64,000 nucleotides of DNA. It comes from Azolla caroliniana. Lineage: Eukaryota > Plantae > Polypodiophyta. Position numbers and translations under genes: made by a program. Under the pieces are notes generated by a model, which saw only the letters and a list, made by a program, of their open reading frames with translations, made no database searches and was not told where the DNA came from. Within the stretch, counting starts at the first letter, position 1. Each line of letters opens with the position of its first letter. Positions 49,691 to 58,357 of this stretch are shown here, one piece after another. The DNA is taken from positions 10,106,001-10,170,000 of the forward strand of contig JBHGNT010000009.1 in assembly GCA_043228905.1 (NCBI GenBank). The letters are read 5' to 3'.

Positions 49691-52159
49691 ATGCCGATTC
49701 CTGTGTCTGAAGAACTGCGACGGTGGCTTTATGAGAGAAACTTACAAGGTTTCATCAAAGTAGCAGAAGCGGAACCTCATCCGCAGGCGGAAGAATTGGT
49801 ACAACAATTAGACATCACCAAGGTCACCACAAAGAAAATACGAAATGCATTACAGATGCCAAGAGGAGGCTTTGAGGCAGTTAAAAAACCTTCATCAGAA
49901 GCACTCCAATCGTATTTCGGGGAATACTCACCCTCGGCAAAAGCATATCAGACTTATGGAGGTCGGGATGAGTTTTTCCATGAAGTGGCTAGATTTTTAC
50001 TAGAGGTGGGATTTGTCAGTCCCCGTTTTTATTGTATGCCGAAAAAAAGGGCTGGGTTTATCATAGCCGCATACGAAAAAGAGGATTTCAACTGGCCACT
50101 ATTGTCGGGGGAAGCTCTGAGAGAGCAGCTACAAGGGGTAAAAATAGGAAAACCAATGAAGCAAATTTTTGGTCGTTGGCTATCGGTATTGTTTCCGATT
50201 CAAGAATCGGAAACTCCTGTTCAGTCGAGAAGACCACCGATAGTACAAGCACCTCGAAGACACCGACAGGTAGTACATGAAGAATGGATAGAGGAAGAAT
50301 CGACACATGCCGATAATATACGAACGGATATGCCTCAGTCGGAACCACCAAGACCAGAGAATTCCGAAAACAGGCAACCAGAAGCCGAACAAGAAACACT
50401 TGACCATTTGATAAACAAGCAGCAGCCGACAGAAAATCGACAACAAGCAGAGAAGATGCGACAAAGGACAAGGGTTAAACAAAAGGCTAATCGGCAATTC
50501 CAACCAGAAAAGAGTGATGGGTCAGCACCGAAAAGGCAACGCACAAAGGAAAATTCGAATACGCCTGTAGTAGCAGAAGTAATAAAACCAGGGAATGAGA
50601 GCGTTTCGACACAACCTCAACAAGGACAATCCTCAAAAGTAGCAATTCGGGAAGCACATGGGTGCTTGGATATTCCACCAGCAGCACATGAATTAGCTGC
50701 CATTCTACAGTTCGGAACTTCATACAAACTGGTTGAATGGTTGGCTAAAAGATTGACAGAAGTATCAGAACGGCTGGCTCAAGAACATAATGACCGAATA
50801 ATGATACAGAAGGCCTTACGAGGAGTGTTGGAACCTCAAGAAAAAGCAGAGATAGAGAAAATCGGCCGAAAAAGAAATGCACAGAATAGAGGGGAGGCTA
50901 TTGAAATGCCACCATTACATGAAGCACTGGTCGAAATTCATAGAGAATATGAAACGGCACGCAAAGCAGCCAGTGATATGGCTGAAAGATACAAAAGTGT
51001 ATCAGCATCGGCGGAGGTGCTGAAACAGCAGTTTTGTAACATACAGACAGAAAATAAAGAACTAAAAGAAAGTCTAAACAAATGGGAAACACAGGCACGA
51101 CCTATGGCGTCGGAGTCGGAATGGCAGCAGAAATTGGAGGACGCTGAGAAAGCACGTCAAGCAGAAACAACAAGGGCCAACAATGCTGTATTTCGAACTA
51201 CAGAATTAGAAAAACAAATAGAAACCATTCAGAATGGCCAATACAAAATTCTCGAAGAAAAAAATCAATTAATAAACGAATTACAGAAAAATCTAGAGGA
51301 AGCTAAGACGGCCAATCATACATATACCGAACAAATTGAGGAATTCGAAAGGTATATAGTGTCACAGGAAAGTCAATTGACAGAAAAAGAACGGAGTCTT
51401 GAAGAAGTCAACAGAAGGATTACGGAACATCAGGAGGAATGGAGCAAAGAGAAATCGGCATTCAAACAACAACTGAACGAAATTCGGAAGATATCGGAAC
51501 AAAGGCGGCTGGACATATATGTAGTCGAATCCAAACTAATGCGGGCTGAAAGTGAAAACCGAGCCACTATTACGGATTTACGGAAAGAGTTGCAAGCTGC
51601 TCAATTCGTCGCAAGCATCACTAGGGACAAAGTGCAGCGCATCATAGGGAAACATCGAAACCTAGCAAAGACAATGATCGATGAATCCCTTGCGCAAGGA
51701 TGGAAGTTATGGACAGCACAAGCGGCGGAATTACAGTTATTGCGTGCCGACAAAAATAACCGTCAGGTCCAAGGTGCAGGTTTTTTTAAAATAGCACAAA
51801 AGGATATTGACAATATCCAAGAGGATATCATGAAAGATATGGACGAAATTGCGGCATTTTACAGAGAGGAAATTCAACGTATTATGCAAGAATTCGACAA
51901 AAATGATATAGGCACTTCCGTCCAGTTGGATAAAATTGAAGCTGAAAGAACCAGCAAGACTCTTGGTCTTCAAGCTTCCGGAAGAAGTGAACCAGAGCAG
52001 CCAACCGAATCACAACATTCAAAACCTGCTCCGAATGACGACTGTGACACAGATAAAGATGAAGATGAAGAGGAAGATATAGATGGAATACATCCAAGGC
52101 CAGAAGAGCCTTCGATTTTTGATATTCTGAACGATTCGGATGAAGAGCTACAGGAATAG
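49691..52159 (+). CDS. Accessory ORF3 of E2, 822 aa, long coiled-coil, acidic tail
   Basis: Intact ORF after pol; homologous to disrupted ORFs in E1 and E3; E/K/Q heptad-like region; no obvious TM segment. Confidence 0.88.
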   Translation: MPIPVSEELRRWLYERNLQGFIKVAEAEPHPQAEELVQQLDITKVTTKKIRNALQMPRGGFEAVKKPSSEALQSYFGEYSPSAKAYQTYGGRDEFFHEVARFLLEVGFVSPRFYCMPKKRAGFIIAAYEKEDFNWPLLSGEALREQLQGVKIGKPMKQIFGRWLSVLFPIQESETPVQSRRPPIVQAPRRHRQVVHEEWIEEESTHADNIRTDMPQSEPPRPENSENRQPEAEQETLDHLINKQQPTENRQQAEKMRQRTRVKQKANRQFQPEKSDGSAPKRQRTKENSNTPVVAEVIKPGNESVSTQPQQGQSSKVAIREAHGCLDIPPAAHELAAILQFGTSYKLVEWLAKRLTEVSERLAQEHNDRIMIQKALRGVLEPQEKAEIEKIGRKRNAQNRGEAIEMPPLHEALVEIHREYETARKAASDMAERYKSVSASAEVLKQQFCNIQTENKELKESLNKWETQARPMASESEWQQKLEDAEKARQAETTRANNAVFRTTELEKQIETIQNGQYKILEEKNQLINELQKNLEEAKTANHTYTEQIEEFERYIVSQESQLTEKERSLEEVNRRITEHQEEWSKEKSAFKQQLNEIRKISEQRRLDIYVVESKLMRAESENRATITDLRKELQAAQFVASITRDKVQRIIGKHRNLAKTMIDESLAQGWKLWTAQAAELQLLRADKNNRQVQGAGFFKIAQKDIDNIQEDIMKDMDEIAAFYREEIQRIMQEFDKNDIGTSVQLDKIEAERTSKTLGLQASGRSEPEQPTESQHSKPAPNDDCDTDKDEDEEEDIDGIHPRPEEPSIFDILNDSDEELQE

Positions 52160-52161
52160 GC

Positions 52162-52203
52162 GTGGGTTCGCTGGACAAGGTCCTGGCCCACGGACGTGCC
52201 AAG
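52162..52203 (+). other. tRNA-3'-half-like motif in place of PPT (E2)
   Basis: GTGGGTTCGC-TGGACAAGGTCCT-GGCCCACGGACGTGCCA-AG then LTR TG. Confidence 0.85.
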
Positions 52204-53185
52204 TGTTACCCGGAACCGGACAGTCAGTTTTACCGAACAAGTGGGAAAGCGTCGAAAACGGAGTCGGTTCGGATCGACTGTTCGGATCAATGACTCAGCA
52301 GTGAACGAAGAGAACTAAGTTAGTTAGATAATTTTGTAATTCTTGATAGTAAGTAGGAATAGTTCTTGATGAGAAAAGACCTTCGGTATACCTATAAAAG
52401 GGAACTGAAGGCATTGTAAGAAAGGTCGTTTATTTAGTAATATAAGTTTAAGTTAGGAATATCATGTACGGATTCTGTGTTCTTTCTATTGTCTATGTTG
52501 TTAAGTGCAAGCTTCCTAATTTATAACTAAGTAACGATCACGGTAATTACCGATTATTATAGTATATTTCCATTCATAAAACACAATTCCTTGTTAGAAC
52601 GTTGAGTAGCGACGTTTTCTCTTCTGTATCGGTAGTAGTTAGTAATTAGCCGAATAACACCAATTTCTTTTGGAGGAGGTGTTTTGCAGGTACGGGTGCG
52701 TAGGACAAGTGATTGCGGATCGGGGAGAACTTGACTCTGACAAAGCTAGGGGATTCTTCGCCAAACATGGAGTTCGGTTAACACTGACAACGGCATACAA
52801 TCCAGAAGCCAACGGGAAGATCGAACGAGGACATAGTCTGATTGTCAAAGCACTTGCGAAGGCATGCGATGGAAGGGTGAAGGATTGGCCGCAGATGCAT
52901 CTGTATGCACTATGGGCGGATCGGACGACGCATAGCTCCGTAACCGGTTACATGCCGACAAAACTCATGACCAGACAAGCACCGGTAATGCCAATGGAAA
53001 CCGTGATCGCGACATGGACAGTACTACCGTGGAAGGAAGAGATGAGCCGGGAAGAACTACTAGCAGTCCGGATACGACAACTAGAGGGAAGATCGGAAGA
53101 CGTAGCGGAAACAATACGCCGGCAACAAGAAGTGCGATTCTGGAATAAAAACCGGTTCAACACAAAGCGCCGACTACGACCGCGG

Positions 53186-54050
53186 TGTCGTGCCTTTCGG
53201 CTCCGGATCGTTTGCGTGAGTCGGGTGGGAACCACCGGGGTTTTGGACTAGGAGGAAGAATTTGAGGCTAATCTAGTTATGAATATGAATAGATTATAAG
53301 AAAGAGATATAGAAACTTGTGAATCCCACAAGTATAATTGTTTTAGTTTATCTAAATCGTAGTAATAAATTGAAATAATTTAGAATAGATTAGAGTAGAT
53401 TGAGAAAAGAGATCAAACCTTGTGAATCCCACAAGTATTACATTAATCAATATTTATGTAAGAATATGAATTTAGATTGAAAGAGATAGATTATCTTAAA
53501 CTTCGTGAATCCCACGAGTATATTTTATTGATTGTTGGTGTTTTAGGAAATATATCCAATTTCCCAAATATTTTTCACACACCTATTACATTGTGCTCCC
53601 CATCCTTATGTAGTGATGGGAGAGACTAAGCATAGCTACATGCTTTTTTTCTAATATGTTCATGCACACTAAATGTGCATGTGATGCTTTTCTAATCCTT
53701 GCTTTTATTTGCTAAATATAGTGCTCATGCACGCTAGATGTGCATGAGTCACTTTTTAGTCGCTTGCGTTTTTCTATAAAATATTCACGCACTCTAAAAA
53801 TACATGATTTACCTTTTAATAAAGGTAGGCGCAAATAAAGCACTTATAGTTATTAAATCTATTTATAGAACACTAAAGATAAGGTAGTGTAATGGTAAAG
53901 TTGGGGTTTGGCTACGTGGAGGTACAAGGTTCGAATCCTGCCCTATGCACGTGATAAATATCTTGATATATTATTTTATTTATTTATATGTAATTAAATC
54001 AGTTATATTATTTTTACTTTTTCACGTAGTGTACGAAATACACTACGACA
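53186..54050 (-). repeat. Solo LTR of the host Ty3 family, inserted antisense in the host integrase
   Basis: TG...CA; reverse complement matches 38830-38893 and 54345-54525; 4-bp TSD GCGG; removing it restores RPRKIEEGDWV. Confidence 0.9.
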
Positions 54051-54525
54051 GCGGAAGATTGAAGAAGGAGATTGGGTGATTGTCTACGATAGTAGTTTGG
54101 ATCATCAACATACAACGATGCAGATTTTCAAGAAGCGGATTGATGAAGAACCCTATGTGATCCTAGACAAGATCGACGAGGAGCAATCGGACGAAGATCG
54201 CGGTGATGCGGAAAGTGAAGAAAGTGGATTACAACTCATAGTCAACTTAAGGGGAGAATTGGAGGAAGCTTCAGATGAAGGTGAATAGCAAGCATCGGGG
54301 ACTTCGGCACATACCAGAGGATGTGCGGGTTCGGAGGGGGCGAGTGTCGTAGTGTGAATCACACACTACATGTAATATGTAAAATACTATATCTGATTTA
54401 AAGTACGTATAATAAATAAATTATTTATTATGTGCATAGGGCAGGATTGGAACCCTGTACCTCCACGTAGACAAACCCCAACCTTACCATTGTACTAACT
54501 TATCCTTAGTGTTCTAAATATAGAT

Positions 54526-55615
54526 GGAATTATCCCCAGAAAAGTATGTCAAAGGGAAAAATAAGGAAGATGTTGAGCACGATATTGTCTCAACGGTTGC
54601 TATGGACATGGATGAGGGAACATCCCATGGGTTAGAGCAAGATCCTAAAGTTCATGGTCATGTTAGAGGGGTTGGGGAGGAGAATGGAGTATGTATTAAT
54701 GATGACCCAGATGATGAAAATGGAGAGTGACATAAAGTGAAGCATAAGATAAAAGGGAAGGGTGTTGCCATACAAAGGGACACGAAAAATACTACCGGTA
54801 AGGCATTGCCAAAAGATAATTTGAGATTGAATAAGGGCTTTAAGAAAAATCCTTGGTAGAAACAAGTGCAAAATTAGAGATTGTCCAATCAATTACTGTA
54901 ATTGGATTCTTCAGGAAAGGCGGTGCAATTTCACTTTAATCAAGGACTTCGTTCTCATGGAGCTAGACAACGAAACCCTATTATTGGTGGAGGGGTTGTA
55001 GTACACACAAATCCTTATGCATCTCTTGCACAACTAGTTAGTACATTCATGAATACACTTGCTCATAAAGAGCAAGTTCTTACTAAAGGTGTTAAATAAG
55101 AGTGGTATCATGGAATGTGCGAGGGGCGTCTTCTCCTCATAAGAAATATATATTATGGAAAACTTTATTTCATAAAGAATGGGTTATGTTATGTGCAATT
55201 GAACATAAGTGTCATGATTTAGCAGGATCTGTGTTACATTTGTGTGGATATTCCACATATTATGCAGGGTAGTTATCATGTCATTACGCATGGGTAGTCA
55301 TGATTATTCGTGATCTTTTTTGTCCACATATAGTTTATAATGATCTATATGGACATTTTTTTGTGATGGAAGTCAAGTACTTCGAGGATTTGATATGGTT
55401 AGTAGGAATCTATGCACCCAATAATGCTAATCAACGCATTGAGTTATGGTCTTCAACGTATCCACGGTTATTAGTGGGTGGTCATGCTAGTTTGTTAATG
55501 GGTGATTTTAATATGTGTGTTGATGCTTCACAATCTACTTCATGATTCTCATTGATGGATTCTCTTGAGCAAGCAGTTTGGGACAAATTCGCATAAGAGG
55601 TTTTTAAGTTGGATC
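54526..55615 (+). pseudogene. LINE remnant: ORF1 tail and APE endonuclease
   Basis: SWNVRG (TCATGGAATGTGCGAGGG at ~55108), VGIYAPN, ELWS, LMGDFNM. Confidence 0.75.
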
Positions 55616-57158
55616 TGTCAGAACAAAGCAAGAGATTGAACAATTGAAGGAAGGTATCAAAGAACTGGATTGATAAGAGAAGAGTGGATTTATTAGAATA
55701 GAATGAATACAAGGATGAGTTGGATACAAGGTAGGCTTGGAGCTGAAGACTGGTCTTGATTCAAACTGATTTGATATGGTCTATTTGTCTCTATTTATAG
55801 GTTTCTATAAAATAGCTTAGAGATTTCTAGAATGTTCTAGAATGTTTTGGACCTAGAATATTCTAGGATGTTCTAGAATGTTCTGGACCTAGAATATTCT
55901 AGGAAGTTCCAGAAGTTTCTCTGATACAATAATCACTATGAAAAGTAGCCTTTATCATTTTACGTCCTGATAGGTTACCTTAATGGTTAGGCTTCGAATT
56001 TCGTAATACGAAGTCCTAGGTTCAAGTCCAGGTGAAGCATAATGTTCACGGATTCATGACACTATCCCTCCTCTTAAAACGATGAGTGGAAGGAGTTGTT
56101 AACAATGTAGGACTAGGTTTGTTGGGATAGTGATGATGGAAGTCGTCGATAAGAGCTTGAGCATTACAAACATTATGCACAGGTTCACATGTGCGATCGC
56201 TCGGGGTATACCCTAGCCAATCAACTAGATAATAGAATTTATTGCGCACAATCTTAGAATCAAGAATGGAGGCTACCTCGTACTCTAGGCCATTAGCAAG
56301 TTGGAGAGCAGGCGGTGGCGACACGACACGATTGGGAATCAAGCTAGTGTGGCAAGGTTCCAAAAGAGAGATGTGAAAGACTTGATGAAGCCGCAAATTT
56401 GCAGGAAAATCAAGATGGAATGTTGCATCATTAATCCGCTTTGCGATGACAAAAGGACCCAAGCGTTTATAATCTAGCTTATCACATGGTCGAGTAGTCT
56501 TTATGTGACAGCATAAGAACCATACCCGATCACCAATCTTGAATGGGGGGGGTGATTAAGGAGAACCGAGCGTTGTTCTCTATTTCATTCTCTACAAGAG
56601 TTCTTGACCGGACGCCTCTGTTCATGCAGGAAGCTCGAGTGCTCCCGACAGAGGCTCCACATTGTATCTTGGAGTTGGGGTGTGTGCGTTGTTGTTGAGT
56701 CGTGCCTCGGCTACTAGCGTGCCGGTTGTAACATGTTTTCTTAATTGATTGTGGTCCCCTTTTCTCTTCTAATTGTCTCTCACGTTGCTCTAGTTTCATC
56801 CGAGCCGGACAAGCTCTGTGCACCCAATGTCTTGCACCGCACGCGCTCGTTGTTTCTCTCCCTCTTCTTCTCACGCTCTTTGGTCCAGGACCCCTGCGGT
56901 CCCGCCTTCGTTTCTCACGCATACGCGTAGTTATGCGACAACGGGATATAGTTCCCTTCTTCTCTTTGCTCCCCCTTGTCTCGTTCTCCTGTTCTTCTTT
57001 TCATAGCTTTTCCCTTCCTCTTTGCTTCAGCGCGTTTTGCTTCTTCCCGTTCTTGGCTGTGCATACTATGGTTGTCTGCGTTCCTTACGGTTGTTCACCT
57101 ACTTTGACCTACTTCCTATTACGTTTCTTAGAATTACAATTTCGGCCCATGGACAACA

Positions 57159-57203
57159 CCTGGCACGCTTGTGGGACAGTGCCTTGGCACATCGAACCCA
57201 CAA
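57159..57203 (-). other. tRNA-3'-half-like motif in place of PPT (E3)
   Basis: Minus strand TTGTGGGTTCGA-TGTGCCAAGGCACT-GTCCCACAAGCGTGCCA-GG then LTR TG. Confidence 0.88.
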
Positions 57204-58016
57204 AAATCGAATAGTACAATAATTGAAATCCGTAAAAAATGACTATGTTACATTTTATTCCTCATTTAAAATCTCGAGGATGCCCTCGGTGTGGTTTGGA
57301 TCAGCCGTCTCCTCCTTTTGAGTCATCGCAGGGTCGGGTTGCGTTGCACTCGGTCTTTCCTGTGCGGCTGAAACTTCTTGCTCGTTTCTGTCTGGCTCAT
57401 TTCCCGCATTGATCTGGGATGCCGGGGAGGTTGGGGTGTCATGCTCCGACTCTTGTTGTCGTGCGTCAGATGCTTTTGGTTTGTCGAGGAAGTTGTCATT
57501 CATGGCTCGTTCTGTATCGATCATCAACAACATTTGATCATCGTTGAATTCCTCGAGGAGCCTTCCGATGGCTTTGGTATGCACATGAACCAAGGCATGA
57601 AAGTCCTCGGTGAGGTCTTCGCGGATCATTTGGATACTGGTGTCATCTATCTTGTAAAAACCTCGGCCCTCTTTTTTTCTGTTTTCGGCATCTGTCCGTA
57701 GATCCTGTAATTCGGTTGCTTGAGCCGACCATTGCTTCCAACCATCCGTTCATTTCCTTGACTTTTCGATTCAGCTTCCGCCGTTGTTTCATTACTAGGG
57801 CGTGGATGCGCTCCTCCCTTTTGTCGTATTTGGCTTGTAGTACAACCGTCTCGTGTTTTGCTTCTTCCACCTTTTGTTTAAGTTGTTTTGTGATGATTTC
57901 GCACGAAGAGTTCAGGGCGGTTACCCGTGCCTTTGACTCTTCCATGAATTGATCGAAATTTTTAAGGAGATGATCCATGTTTTCCTCTGATTCCTTTAGA
58001 AGTCTATCGTGTTGGC

Positions 58017-58357
58017 GGTTACCCATAGGTGTACATGAGGGTTAGGTGTAATGTGGAAGGTGGTGTGTAAGGTGTAATATGAAATGTGAATGTGTGAGTG
58101 TTAGGTGGGGTAAGTAGGTGTACCTATGTCCATTTAGCTTTTTGTAATGATTAGATCTTTTACTATATAAATCCCCACTAGTGGGGCATGGAGAGAGAAA
58201 AAATATATTGAAGTTACCCTCAAACCGTGTTTATCTCAATTCTCTCTCTCTCTCTCACTCTCTATGTGCATCTCTCCCTCTCTCCTCTCTCACATTCGAA
58301 ATCCCTTGGGAGGGGGGTGGAGCTGATCTCATAAACACATGGCACGCCGAGTGGGAC
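58017..58357 (+). repeat. 5' LTR (58017-58337, TGTTACC family) with canonical 18-nt tRNA-Arg-like PBS (58340-58357)
   Basis: GTTACCCATAGG start, TATATAAAT, CT-rich leader, ...AAACA-CA-TGGCACGCCGAGTGGGAC. Confidence 0.7.

Larger units (their letters stand above)
43293..52659 (+). mobile_element. Full-length Athila-like Ty3/gypsy retrotransposon, copy E2 (very recent)
   Basis: 456-bp LTRs at 43293-43748 and 52204-52659, identical by eye; TSD CCAAT; inserted into the host integrase. Confidence 0.97.
38250..54525 (+). mobile_element. Divergent Ty3/gypsy host element (5' LTR ~38250-38893 5'-truncated; gag 38911; pol ~40500-43292, 52665-53185, 54055-54290; PPT; 3' LTR 54345-~54525 truncated)
   Basis: LIDHGSEINLM (PR), YSGYDQFQL, LPHGATNSVA, PFLDDI (RT), VDTSP (RH), H..GH..C..C and IADRGE, YNPEANGKIER (INT); PPT GGAGGGGGCGAG; 38253-38375 matches 54403-54525. 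Confidence 0.9.

Noticed and set aside
52162-52201. Functional tRNA gene at the tRNA-like motifs (also 53878 and 55969)
   Set aside because: The 3' motifs have no 5' half or anticodon arm, and the LTR modules have no convincing acceptor or anticodon stems.
56538-56542. CTTGA matching 58890-58894 as TSD of E3
   Set aside because: It is followed by further host integrase sequence and there is no LTR TG/CA edge; host codons appear to be missing, so this is a deletion junction.
58340-58357. Fourth copy of the PPT-replacing motif
   Set aside because: It lacks the hairpin and the TCGAACCCAC segment, is a full 18 nt, and follows a plus-oriented LTR, so it is an ordinary PBS.
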